Origin: Mobula hypostoma
Lineage: Eukaryota
NCBI RefSeq assembly: GCF_963921235.1
Contig: NC_086108.1
Span: forward strand, 47,494,001-47,558,000
Length of the DNA: 64,000 bases
Direction: 5' to 3'
The first letter of the stretch is position 1. Every line of letters begins with the position of its first letter. A model generated the notes under the pieces. It saw nothing but the letters and a program-made list of their open reading frames with translations. It was not told the DNA's origin and did not search any database. A program made the translations under genes and the position numbers. Shown piece by piece: positions 25,690 to 38,450 of the stretch.

Positions 25690-26860
25690 TGAACATGAGA
25701 GATTCTGCAGATGCTGGAAATGCAGAGCAACACACACAAAATGCTGGACGAATTCAGCAGCTCGGACAGCATTTTTATGGAAAAGAATACAGAATTAATG
25801 TTTTGGTCTGAGACCTTTCAGGACTGGAAAGGGATGGGGAAGAAGCCAGAGCAAGAGGGTGGGGGGAGGGGAATGAGTACAAGCCAGAAGGTAATGGGTG
25901 AAGTGAGGTAAGGAGGAAGATAGGTGGGTAGGGGAGGGGGTACAAAGTGAGAAGCTGGGAGGTGATGGCGGAAAAGGTGAAGGGCTGAAGGAGGATCGTA
26001 TCTGATAGGAGAGGAGAATGAACCATAGGGGAAAGGAGGGGCATCAGAGGGAGGTGATAGGCAGGTGAGGAGAAAAGAAGGGGTAAGGGAAAAGCTGGAA
26101 TGGAAAATGAGAGCATGGGGAGGGTGGAGAAATTACCAAAAGTTCAAGAAATCGATGTTCATGCCATCAGGTTGGAGGCAACCCAGATGGAATTAGATGT
26201 TTTGCCTCATCGTGGCAATGGAGAAGGCCATGGACCAACAAGTTGGAATGGAAATGGGCAGTGGAATTAAAACGGTTGGTCACTGAGAAATCCTATTTGT
26301 TGCAGGCGGTGCAAATGTGCTTGACAGAACGATCCTTCAATCCGCTTAGTGTCTCACTGATTAGAGGAGGCCACACCAGGAGCACCAGATACAGTAGATA
26401 ACCCCAACCCCAACGTGGGTGAAGTGTTGCCTCAGCTAGAAGGACTGGGGGCTCTAAATGGTGGTGAGGGAGGAAGTGAATAAGCAGGTGTACTTCCGCT
26501 TGCATGGATAAGTGCCAAAAGGGAGATTCGTGGGGAGGGGTGGATGCAGAAAGTGGGGAAGAGGCAAAGATATGTTTGGTGGTAGGATCCTGTTGAAGAT
26601 GGCAGAAATTGTGGAGAGTGACGTGCAGGATTCGTAAGTTCATGGTATGGTAGGTAAGGGCAAGAGGAACTCTACCCCTGTTAAGCTGGTGGGAAGATGA
26701 GGTATGAGGGTGGTGTCCAGAAAATAGAGGAGATGCGGGTGAGGGCACCATAACCAGTAGTGGAAGGGAAACCCCGTTCTTTGAAGGAGGATGTTCTGGA
26801 AAGGAAAGCTTCATTATGTGGCAGAGACAGGGGAACTGAGAAAAGGAAATGACTTTGGGT
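25690..26860 (-). mobile_element. Penelope-like element 3' portion (GIY-YIG remnant and pLTR)
   Basis: pLTR ctgcagatgctggaaat...gagaccttt caggactgg, a purine-rich tract, and RVPLALTYH...HLQQDPTTKHIF remnants. Confidence 0.8.
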
Positions 26861-26954
26861 TCATCGTTATTATCACCTCTTGGTTTATTAGTTTAGTAAG
26901 CATTTGTGCCAGACACTTCAGTTGATGATGATTTCTAGTGTATGTTGCAGTTAA

Positions 26955-27190
26955 GGTAAGATGAAGATTAGCTTTATTTGTCACATGGACATTGAAACAT
27001 CAAAACATACAGTAAAATGCATCTTGTGTGAACGACCATCACAGTCCAAGCATTGTGCTGGGGGATAGCCTGCAAGCTTCACCAATTTTCCAGCTCCGAA
27101 GTAACATAATCACAACTCACTGATTCTAACTGTATTTGGGAGGAAACTGGAGCACCTGGAGGAAACCTACATGGTCATGGGAAGAACGTG
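26955..27190 (-). mobile_element. V-domain SINE remnant
   Basis: gggaggaaactggagcacctggaggaaacctacatggtcatgggaagaacgtg. Confidence 0.7.
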
Positions 27191-27461
27191 TTAACTTTTG
27201 TTATCCAAAAGGGTCTTGGTGATGATGCCGATCTCTGGGTACGTCTCTAAATCACTGTTCCAGAATTGGATCTTACAAAACTCTGCAATGGGATCAGAAA
27301 AAAAGATTTTCTTTGAAACAAGAAAGGACCAAAAGGTAAACATAAGCAGATGTATTTGTTTGACAAAGGATCTGAGGTAATTACCATTGAGATTGTCACT
27401 AGCCATGATTGTAGTCCTTTGGAAAAATTGATGAAAGTAACTTCTGTCATATTTCTTCCAG

Positions 27462-27563
27462 CTCCTGAATGGCTCCTTCTCTCTCGAGCTTGTTAGTGAG
27501 AAATACTGGAAGGTCAACAAGCCAATGGAACTGTATTACGCACCAACCAAGGAACACAAGTAG
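27462..27563 (+). CDS. RNF2: RNF2 terminal coding exon
   Basis: atttcttccAG acceptor, phase 0. Translates [33 protein letters not shown] (TAG at 27561-27563), the RNF2 C-terminus. Confidence 0.97.
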   Translation, partial: LLNGSFSLELVSEKYWKVNKPMELYYAPTKEHK

Positions 27564-28600
27564 ATGACAGCATGAGGTCCATGTCAGATAAATGGAAATG
27601 GTGCTTTTGATGGTAGTGACTTGTTTGTCTTCCATGCAACAGCAACCACTATCAAGAGATGTTCTGTTGAATAAAAGCCTGTCACATGTTCAGATATACA
27701 GATCTGTGGCATGCAAATCACAACTGAATAATCATGGGCAAGAGGACAGTTTCCCAAAGGGTTCTTTTACCTTGTCGTGATATTGTGGACACCAACTTGA
27801 ATCCAGGAAGTAGAAGTTTGTAGCGTGCTGCATTTCTGTTTCTTGGTTTATGGAATACATAACAGTACAAGGGATCAATTTTCTTTGTCACTAACAAATT
27901 TGCAAATTTATTGTAAAAGTCCTAATTTTTACAATAAGATTTTGTTGTGAAATTATTTTCTTCTGTTCATGTATCTCCCAGTTGGCTCTGCGTACTCTGT
28001 ATTGACACCATAGCACCACTGTATTCCTTCAATTTAATTCCTTCACTTTTGACAATAGGTGAAGGGAATATTGCAGCCAAGTTCAATCTTTTGCTTCTGC
28101 CACTTCTAGTAGAAGCCCCTGCAGAGCAATCAAAGATATGAATTCAGTTGATTTCTCTCATACCTGAAGGTATTAAGGCTAATTGTTGTGGATCGAGCTG
28201 TGTTCCAGTTGGAATAATCATGTTCTGGGAATTGAATCTGGGGCCATTCTATGCAGTGTATTAACCCACAACGTTCGTGGGAGGAAAACTAAATTATTAT
28301 TTTCTTTGAAGGCAAGTGTCCTTTTTAACATTGCAAAGCTATGTTTTCAAACAAACTTCTACTATTCCAAGCTGAAGTACTACAGGACACCAGTGCATTG
28401 CAAACACAGATAAATATATTTTCAGTGTCTTTTGATTTTTAAAAAATCAGTTTTTCATGTGAAATGTAAAATGAGTATTTATGTTGTCAATCAAGTTCTG
28501 GTAGTTATACCGTGAAACTATGCTGTATCTGGGCATCTACTAATTATTTGTACACTTAAAAAAATGAAATTAAATAATTGTTTCTTTACTTGAATAATAG
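27564..28600 (+). other. RNF2: Probable RNF2 3' UTR with candidate polyadenylation signals
   Basis: Repeat-free AT-rich sequence after the stop codon. AATAAA at 27670-27675; ATTAAA at 28569-28574 followed by T/GT-rich sequence. The 3' end is inferred. Confidence 0.55.
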
Positions 28601-29119
28601 TTTTGGCATTTATTGGAGAACACAGGCAATTGTTGGCACCTCATTCACACATTGGTTGATTAATCAAGGAGGAGTTTAGGATTTGATTTACAACAGTGCT
28701 CAATAAGCAAGGTTTTTCTTTGTGTTGGTGAGCCAAAAGATGATGATTCATATTCCCTTGTGGTACTAGGGGAATTTAATTAAATAAACTGAAACTTAAA
28801 AGCTAGTATCAGTAATGGCAAACATCTGCTAAATTTTGGTATTAAAGTCACATGGAATGCACTAACATTCTTCAGAGAAGGAACTTTGCTTTCTTGTGAC
28901 TCCAGACCAAGTTTGACCCTCTTGCAATTTGCTACCTGCAATGTTGAGCACTGTTTGCAAGAAGCACTGAGGTTGACACTTAAAATGTTTTCTAACAATA
29001 GAAATATTAGAAAAAGCTTGGTCACAATACATTTCCTCCTCACTTCTGCATTCTGGGTCCTATATAAGAAACCCGGTTTATCAACTGCACCTGAGAATAG
29101 ACAACACTGCTTTTGACAT

Positions 29120-31530
29120 TGTAAATTGGTTTATTATTGTCACATGTACCGTGAAAAGCTTGTATACCATTCATACAGATCAGTCCATTGCAACTGTGCT
29201 CTGAGATAGTACAAGGTAAAATAATAACAGTGCTGAATAAACTGACAAGGAAAGTGCAGTGCAGGTAGTCAATGGGGTTAAATACCGTAACAAGGTAGAT
29301 TGTGTAGTTAGGAATCCATCTTATCATTCAATAGTCTTATAACAGCAGGATAGGTGCCTTCCTTGAGCCTGAGGGTACCTGCTTTCAGGCTTTGTATTTT
29401 CTGTTTGATGGGAGGGGAGCGAAGACAGAATATCCAGTGTGAGTGGGGGTCTTTGATTACGCTGGCAGTTTTATCAAAGCAGCAAGAAGTGTAGACAGTT
29501 CATGGAGGGGAGTCTGGCTTCCATGATGTGCTGAGCTGTGTCCACAACGCTGCAGTTTCAGCCTGAGCAGTCGCCATATCAAACCGTGATGCATCCAGAA
29601 GGAATGCTTTCTATGGTGCATCAATAAAAGTTGGTGAGATTCGTTACTTGAGATATGGCACCCTACAGTAATATTGTCTACAAACTTGCAGATGGAACTA
29701 GAACAGAACCTGGCTACAGTCCTGAGTGTACAGGTAGCAGAGGAAGGTGCTGAGGACGCAGATTTCTGGCACACCAGTGTTGAGGACAATCCTGGTAGAA
29801 GGTTGCTACCTATCCTTACAGATTGCAGTGTGTTGGTCAGGAAGTCAAGGATTCATTTGCAAAGGATCTTGAATTTTGGAGATGAGTTTGCTTGGAATTA
29901 TAGTATTGAAAGCAGAGCTATAGTCAATAGTCTAATAATGTCCAGATGCTCCAGAGATGAGTGTAGAACTAGGGAGATGGTGTTTACTCTAGAAGTTTTG
30001 GTATAAAGTGAAGGCTCCCCACCCTCCACATTCTAACCAAATTTTGTAAGAGCACCATCGAGAATTGAATTGACTTTATTGCGGCCCCTGCCATTACTCC
30101 AGTTGACTTTATTTCTTACATCTTTCACATACATGAGGAGTAAAAATATTCACGTTACGCCTCTGTCTAAATGTGCAATGTGTAATCATAGTAATTTATT
30201 AATAAATAGAACAGTCAATATTAATGAAATGCACTCAAATCAGTGTGAGCTTCCTGTCGAGCCTGGAGGGAATTAATGGTGTTGAATGCTGAACTGTAGT
30301 CCAAGAACAGCATTCTCACATAAGCATCCCTCCTCTCCAGATGTGTAGGGATGGTGTGTAGACCAGTGGCTATTGTGTCACCTGTTGATTGGTTGTGTTG
30401 GTTGGCAAATTGCAGGGGGCCCTAACTAGCTGCATCGCCATCTGGTACGGGAATTGCAAGGCATCTGACTGCAAGTCCTTACAAACGATTGTGAGGACTG
30501 CTGAGAGGATCATCAAGATCTCTCTTCCACCCATCAGAGATATTTATCAGGTGTGTTGTGTACACAGCACCCTTGGCATTTTCAATAATCCCTCCCATTT
30601 GACCAACAATCTCTTTGTCCCCCTACCATCAGGCAGGAGGTACCATAGCATAAGGACAAGAACTGTTGGGATGGGAAAGAGCTTCTTCCCCCAGGCTGTA
30701 TGACTGCTGATCTCCCTGCCACCACCCAGGTCTCATCACGCATGAAGTGGCAGTAGCATTATACTGTTTGTTTTATAGCTTGTCAGATATGCACCTTATT
30801 ATTCGTTAATTTACAAGTACTTTGTGTTATGTGTGTGAGTTATGTGTACTGTGTTGTGCACCTGACCCAGAGGAACATTGTTTCGTTTGGTGGTATGCAC
30901 GTGTATGGTTGAATGACAGTAAACTTGAACTTGAATTGCAGTGGGTTGAAGTTATCTGGAAGGCTGGAGATGATTTGTGCCATTACAGAACTTCACGATG
31001 ATGGACGATGGTGGATGTCCAAGCGACCGGCTAGTAGTCATTAAGGTACGTTACTTTGTTGCACTTTCACCAGAAAGAATGTGGTCTTTTCAAAACAGGT
31101 GGGAACCTCAGACTGAAGTAGGGAGAGGTAAAAATGTCTGTAAATCCCCCAGCCAGATGATCTGCACAGGATCTAAAGACGTGGCGGGGCCACCATCCAG
31201 GCCTGATGCTTTCCGTGGGTTCACTCTCTGGAAGGTTTGCCTTGTATTTGTGGTGAAGGCTATGAGCTCAGGTGTATGGAAGCTTTCAAGGTGGGTGCTG
31301 TCATTCCGGTATGACAGAGCAGACACAGCTCATACAATAGGGAATTTGAATATTATTGTCACATGCACCACAGGATAGTGGAAAAACTAGTCTTGCATAC
31401 CATTCAAATAGATCAATTCATTACACAGTGAACTGGAGTGGTGCAGGGTAAAACAATAATAGAAGTTGACAGCTCTTGAGAAAGTGCTGTAAGATGCAAG
31501 AACTTACTGAGGTAAATTGTGAGGTCAAGA
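29120..31530. mobile_element. Cluster of degenerate Rex1/Babar-like LINE fragments in both orientations
   Basis: Minus-strand RT remnants at about 29120-30410 and 30935-31300; plus-strand C-terminal fragment at about 30415-30935 (LTSCIAIWYGNC...LPSGRRY...SFFPQAV). Confidence 0.75.
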
Positions 31531-32001
31531 GTCATTCAAGGGAAACTTTAGAAAAGACCTTATGACATCAAAATGTCAGCAGATCTCTTTCCCATTTTCT
31601 TCCCATCCTTCAAATGATATGGTTCTGTAAAGTACAGCAGGAATCTAACTACAACCTCAAATCAGAATTCAAATCCTCACTTATTCATTCTGTGGTTGAT
31701 AAATTAGTCAGTTTTTATTTTTGTAGCTTAAACTTTCAGATAAATAAACTGCACATGTTCTTCAGGATGGTCTAATTTTCTAACCAAGGTGAGATTTAGC
31801 TGCTGCCAATACCACCCTGACACTGTGTTCTGCATTCTACTACATCAGTTCTAGATATTTGGCTAGCTTTTCATACTTGGTGGCTGAGTACAATGGATTT
31901 TCCCAACAAGATGAGTTGTGCAGCAAAGGTCCGGGGTGCTGAGCTGCAGTTTCCCACTCTGCATTATAGGAGTTTGATCCTCTGACATGTCGGACTAAAG
32001 T

Positions 32002-32506
32002 TGTTCGTCCATCATTGACATCGATGAGGACCTCGACACCATTATGATGGTGTCGAGACTAGCGCGTGATTTGGATTTAAGTGAGGGAGAGTTGCGCAGC
32101 GTCAGCCTCACTCTCTCTTCCCAATTCCCATCTGGATCCAGTGGCAAGACAGAGTCTAGATGGCTGGAGATGGGACTGGGCGCAGTGGATGACCAGGACG
32201 TCTTCTGTGTCTTGTCCTGCTCTACACGTTCCACGACGCTTGCAGAGACTGCCTTCTTGACCGTTGGACCTTCCATTGGTCTCATCCGCTCAATCCGCCG
32301 GAGTCTGTCTTCACATGCTGGGATAGACAACTCTTTATCACACCAAGGGTTTGAGACCCGTCGGCTACCCTCACCTGGTTTAGCCAGCTTGTCGAAGCCA
32401 TTGCCCGGGGTGTGGCCGCTGTCGCATGCAAACAGCTACGGGGAGCCACAGGTGAGAGCTGAGTGCCAGGTGGGGACCAAAGGTGGACTAACCACCTTGA
32501 AAAGGA
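32002..32506 (-). mobile_element. Young 505-bp non-coding retroposon (RTE-related SINE-like)
   Basis: Perfect 11-bp TSD CGGACTAAAGT at 31991-32001 and 32507-32517. GC- and CpG-rich relative to the flanks, with a stem-loop at 32032-32057. Family and strand assigned from remembered similarity. Confidence 0.7.
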
Positions 32507-33919
32507 CGGACTAAAGTACAGCTTGGAATACCTATCACACACTCCTTAAGCATTTCTAATGCACAAAGTATCTCCTTCATTTTCTTGAAGCTCCCCATAA
32601 TTTAAAATACAAGTAGCTGAAATCATACGCAGAGCATGATAAATTGCAGCCAAGGTAACTCCACCATTGCACAGTGCATTCTTTGATGTGTGTATATTTA
32701 TGTTTTTACTTCCAATGATTTCATTCCAGAGAAGCAGATATGTAATAGGGGCAGAGGTAAAGGTATAGTAAAAGGTATGCAGGACAAATACACGAAGTGA
32801 ATCTAAGTCTGAGGCAAAATTTACATGGAATCAATAATCCTGACAAATGATATTTGTGCACAGCCAGGTATGGAAACTTGAGAAAAATACATTTATCAGA
32901 GCATTTAAAAAAGGCCTTTTAGGAAGAAGCAAGACTTTTACATATGCAATGCAAATGAAGATGAAACATATCAAACCAGCATGATTATTATGTAGAGCAA
33001 AGCAAACAAGGCCAAAAACACAGGCTGTAGTGAATCTAAAACAATTACCAAGAACAATTATTACAATAATCACCGTAAGCAATGTTAACTCCTGCAAACA
33101 AAATAGATTAAATATGAAATATTTGAACTGGATTCAAATATCACCAATCTTTATCTTCCCATCTCAATAATGTCATTCCTGGTTATTACAAGCAGATAAT
33201 TTGGAAATCCAGTATAAATAAATTACTTGCAATTTGGACAAGGATATAAATATTTATAGCTAGAGCTCACTTTAATGCATATTAACTTAATATCATCTTT
33301 AATGCTCATACATTTCCATTTTTGCAATTAACTGCATATTCAGAAGGATTGAATTAATATAAACTGTCAGTGTCCTGTAAGAGACCCCAGACAATTTATA
33401 CTTAAAAATCTAACAAAAATGGATTATTAACTGCAGTTAAAATGCTTCTTTCTGAGCTAATCGGAGCAAATGCTGAGACTTTAGGGATTAAACACTGCAG
33501 TAGATCAGATTCACCACCTAGGGGAATAGGGCTGTATCTTACTCGAGTTTTAAAATTCAGAGTAGAAAGGATTGTTGTTATTTAGCCCAGACTCCAGCTT
33601 CCAGTGGTAAACTAAAATTGAAAATTGGACAGTGCCTGCTGTCTATCTTTAAAATTGATGCATTTTGAATAAATGCAAAATAGTCTATGTTGTTTTCTAC
33701 TCTGGGAAGCCTAGCAGAATGCATTTGGCTAACTATGCCATGAACATGGTATGTTCCTGTTTTAAACTAACTGTGTGGCATCACAAAAGGAACACTGGGT
33801 GCCACCCTGCAAGTGTATATTTATTCCATGACTGAAGCTGATAGACGGTAAATTATTTCACAAGGAAACATTTAGCACTGTCTTTAACATACATATCATA
33901 ACTTTCAGTTTTCAATTAG

Positions 33920-34200
33920 TTAGAATATAGAACATTACAGCAGAGTCCAAGCCCTTTGGCGCACGATATTGTGCTGACCTTTTAACCTACTGAATGATCA
34001 ACCTAGCACTTTCTTTTTGCATTTCCCATACGCCTATCTAAGTGTTTCTTAAATGCCCCTAATATATCTGCTTCTACCACGACCCCTGGCAGGACATTCC
34101 ACACACTCACCACTCTGGGAAAGAAGTTACCTCTGACACACCACCTATACTTTGCTCTGGTTACATTAAAATTATGACCTTTGAGTTGCCAAATCAACTT
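33920..34200 (-). mobile_element. CR1 LINE 3' end
   Basis: GHNFNV...RGNFFPRVVSVWNVLPGVVVEAD.LGAFKKHLDR. Confidence 0.8.
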
Positions 34201-35635
34201 TAATAAACAAAGACAAGTGTCCATTTAATGGGGTGAAAGCATGACTTCACACCCACAAGATTCTAACAATTCTATGAAGTCTCTAATATAAATGTGGGAA
34301 CTCAGCTGAAAGACGTTCAACACCACATAATCCCCCCCCCCCCACATGAGCCCTGCGTTTCAGTGGCCAAGTCTGCATCCTATACAGACTCGGCGGGCTT
34401 TGCTGGGGCCTGAGCAAATTCCAAACTGCTGATTTCAATGAAGAGCTTCTCAGCCATCACATCACTACTCTGAGTTGCCTTCCCAAGATCACAAGGATGG
34501 CGAGGCATAGAATTGCAAAGAGGAAAAGTAAATACTGTTGGTATACAGGGGAATGTACATTGCCATTTTATCCCAGTTTACCATTGGGTTGTGCTATTAT
34601 CACGTCTTAATTTTCTGTTCCTCCTAATTTTGATTGCAAGTTGAAGTGGCTTTTTAGTTCTGAAGAGCAGTAAAATCTGGATTGATGCTGAAAATAGACA
34701 GAACTCCCACTGAAAACAGCACTGATAAATTGAAGTAGTGAGTGGGAAAGAGACATTGTTACAGGGTGGGACCCACTTGAAAAGAACAAGTCTCGTCGGG
34801 AGCGAGTTTTATCTAACCCAATAAAAATAAGGGACATGTAAGCAGATCAGCCATTTTTGGTGTGGACCAATGTTAGAGTGGAAGGCTTTGGTCCAATACG
34901 CTTGGGCAAGCACAGGCAGAGGTTCTAAGTAAGTTTCTAGGAATTTTTTTCTCTTTCTTTGTCTATTAGTCTATGACTAGCGTGCTGAGAATGGGTCCAG
35001 AGTTAGTGGTATGTTCTTTGTGTGAGAACCCTGATAACTACATCTGCATGACGTACGCCAAGCTGCAGCTCCTTAAAGACCAGGTTAAGAACTGGAGCAG
35101 TAGCTTGACAGTCGGTTCTTACAGGAAAATGAGGTGATAGATAGGAGCTACAGAGAGGTAGTCACCCCAAAGTTAGGGGAGGCTGTTTGGAGAAGGAAAG
35201 GGAATAGGCAGCTCATGCAGGATACACCTGTGGTTGTTCCCTCAAATCACTTTGGATACTGTTGGGTGGAACAACCTATGGGGGGGGGGAAGCTACACTG
35301 ACCAGGTCTCTGGCACTGAGTCTGGCTCTGTGGCTCAGAAGGGAACAGCGGATAAGAGGAGGACAGTAGTGAGAGGGGATTCCAGTGTTAGAGGTGCAAA
35401 CAGCAGATTCTCTGGATAGATAAAAAAACACCCGGATGATGTTTTGCCTACCAAATGCCAGGGTCAGGGTCAGACGAATGTGTGTGTGTGAGGAACTGGT
35501 GCAGGAGTAGGGTTTCAGATTTCTGGATCATTGAGATCTCTTCTGGGGAAGTATGACCTGCACAAAAAGGACAGGTTACACCTGAACCAGAGGGGGAACA
35601 ATATCCTGGCAGATAGTTTTGCTACAGCTGTTTGA

Positions 35636-36530
35636 CTATAAGACCATGAGATAAAGGAATAGAGTTAGGCCATTTGGCCCATCGAGTCTGCTCCACCATT
35701 TCATCGTGGCTGATCCCATTTTCCCCTCATCCTCAATCTCCTGCCTTTTCCCCTATCCCTTCGTGCCCTGACTAATCAAGAACCTATCAACTTCTGCCTT
35801 AAATATCCATAAAGACTTGGCTTCCACAGCTGCCTGTGGCAAAGAATTCCACAGACTTAACACACTCTGGCTAAAGAAATTCCTCCTCATCTCCGTTCTT
35901 ACGGACACCCCTCTACTCTGAGGCAGTGTCCTCTGGTCGTAGACTCTCCCACCATAGGAAACATCCTCTCCACATCCACTCTATCAAGGCCTTTCACTAT
36001 TCGATAGGATTCAAAGAGGTCACTCCTCATTCTTCTGAATTCTAGTGAATACAGGCCCAAAGTCATCAAACGCTCTTCATTTAACAAGCCATTCAATCCT
36101 GGAATCATTTTCATGAACCTCTTTTGAACCCTCTCCAGTTTCAGCACATCCTTTCTAAGATAAGGGGCCCAAAACTGCTCACAATACTCCAAGCGAGGCC
36201 TCACCAGTGCTTTATAAAGTTTCAACATTGTATCCTGGCTTTTATATTCTAGTCCTCTTGAAAAGAATGCTAACATTGCATTTGCCTTCCTCACCACAGA
36301 CTCAACCTGCAAATTATCTTTTAGAGCATCCTGCACAAGGACTCATAAGTCCCTTTGCACCTCAGTTCTTTGTATATTCTCTCCATTTAGAAAATAGTCA
36401 ACCCATTCATTTCTTCTACAAAAGTGCTTGACCATACACTTCCCGACACTATAATCCATCTGCCATTTCTTTGCCCATTCTCCTAATCTGTCTAAGCCTC
36501 TCTACAAAACTACCTGCCTCTCCACCTACC
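35636..36530 (-). mobile_element. CR1 3' fragment nested in antisense inside the longer CR1
   Basis: Minus-strand ORF 35899-36336 (KANAMLAF...RPRLEYCEQFWAPY...TRGH) with a CR1 tail near 35640-35700. Confidence 0.88.
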
Positions 36531-37685
36531 TTTTAAATCAATATCACAAGGCGATGGGAACTGGAGTTCCCATCTGAGGATGGGACAGTTGGTACTTAAG
36601 TAGAGAGATTGTGAAGAAGGACAGGCAGAAGGTAAGGCAAAACTGATGATTGGGATGAGTTGAAGTGGCAAAATTGAAACAGGCGATGAATACAGGACTA
36701 AAGGTGTTACATTTGAATGAACGTAGTATACAGAATAAGGAAATGTCTTGTAGTGCAGTTAGAGATTGGCAAGCATGATGCTGTGGGCATCACTGTGTTG
36801 TGGCTGAAAGAGGATTGTAGATAGGATCTTAACGTCCAAGGATTGTATCAAGAGGACAGGCAGGTAGGCAGAGGAGGTGGGGTGGCTCTGTTGGTAAAAA
36901 ATTAAAATCATAACCTTAGAAAGAGACGACATAGGATTGGAAGATGTAGAATCTTTGTGGGTAGAGTTAAGAAACTGCAAGGGTAAAAAGACTCTATTGG
37001 GAGTTATATACAGGCCCCAAACTGTAGCCAGGATGTGGGATACAAGTAGCAATGGGAGATAGAAAAAGCATGTAAAAGGGGCAATGGGGAATTTCAGTAT
37101 GCCTCTGAGATGGCTTTTTTGAGCAGCATGTGCTTGAACCCACTAGGTGAAAGGCAGTTCTGGATTGGGTGTTAAGCTATGAACCAGAGTTGGTTAGGGA
37201 GCTTAAGGTAAAGGAACCCTTAGGGACCAGTGATCATAATATAATAGAATTCACTCTATGGGTTGAGAGGGAGCAGATAAAGTCAGATGTATCAGTATTA
37301 TATTGGAGTAACAGGAATTTCAGAAGCATGAGAAAGCAGCTGGTCAAAGTTGATTGAAGGGGACACCAGCAGGGATGATGACAGCACAGCAATGGCTGGA
37401 GTTTCTGCGGACAACTTCGAAGAATTCTGAGGGAGGATGAGAGAACTTTGGCTGATAGGGACGTCAATGACAGCATAAAGGCAAAAGAGGGGGCTTATAA
37501 TATAACAAAAATTAGTGGGAAATTAGAGGGATTGGAAAGCTTTTAAAAACTAACAGAAGGCAACTAAAAACATACGGAGAAAAAAGATAAAATACGAAGT
37601 TAAGGTAACCAATAATATAAAAGCAGATAGTTACATTTTTTCAGATATATAAAGAGTAAAGGATAGGCGAGAGTGGATATTAGAC

Positions 37686-38450
37686 ACTCACAACACACTG
37701 GAGGAACTCAGCAGGTTGGGCAGCATCCGTGGAAACAATCTGTCAATGTTTCGGGCCGGAACCCTTCGTCAGGACCGTAGAGGGAAGGGGCAGAGGCCCT
37801 ATAAAGAAGGTGGGGGGAGGGTGGGAAGGAGAAGGCTGGTAGGTTCCAGGTGAAAAACCAGTAAGGGGAAAGATAAAGGGGTGGGGGAGGGGAAGCAGGG
37901 AGGAGATAGTCAGGAAAGGTGAAGAAGGAATAGGGAAAAGCACAATGGGTAGTAAAAGGAGGCAGAACCATGAGGGAGGTAGTAGGCAGCTGGGGGAGGG
38001 GGCAGAGTGAAACTGGGATAGGGGAAGTGAGGGGGAGGGAATTACCAGAAGTTGGAGAATTCAATGTTCATACCAAGGGGCTGGAGACATCCCAGATGGT
38101 ATATGAGGTGTTGCTACTCCAACCTGAGTTTAGCCTCATCATGGCAATAGAGGAGGCCATGTATGGACATATCCAAATGGGAATGTGAAGCAGAGTTGAA
38201 GTGGGTGGCAACCGGGAGATCCTGTCTGTTGTGGCCGACGGAGTGGAGGTGCTCAACGAAGAGGTCCTCCAATCTGCGTCGGGTTTCACCTTCTTTATAG
38301 GGTCTCTGCCCCTTCCCTCTTCAGTCCTGATGAAGGGTTCCAGCCGGAAACGTTGACTGATCGTTTCCACGGATGCTGCCCAACCTGTTGAGTTCCTTCA
38401 GCGTGTTGTGAGTGTCGCTTTGACCCCAGCATCTGTAGTGTATTTTGTGT
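37686..38450. mobile_element. Penelope-like insertion: truncated minus-strand body plus inverted pLTR, with two hammerhead cores
   Basis: Perfect 14-bp TSD AGTGGATATTAGAC at 37672-37685 and 38451-38464, interrupting a CR1. GIY-YIG C-terminal remnant at about 38050-38290. Confidence 0.9.
38321..38360 (+). ncRNA. Minimal type I hammerhead ribozyme motif
   Basis: Stem I TCAGTC/GACTGA, core CTGATGA (38327-38333), short stem II, GAAAC (38347-38351), GTT triplet. Confidence 0.7.

Noticed and set aside
32330..32506. Canonical HDV-like ribozyme at the putative 5' end of the RTE-like element
   Set aside because: P2-like pairing and a GCTAA segment are present, but P1, P3 and P1.1 could not be assigned convincingly by eye, so it is not annotated.
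31995..32542. Overlapping 86-156 aa ORFs in a GC-rich island
   Set aside because: No recognisable domain or splice context, and they coincide with a TSD-flanked repeat.
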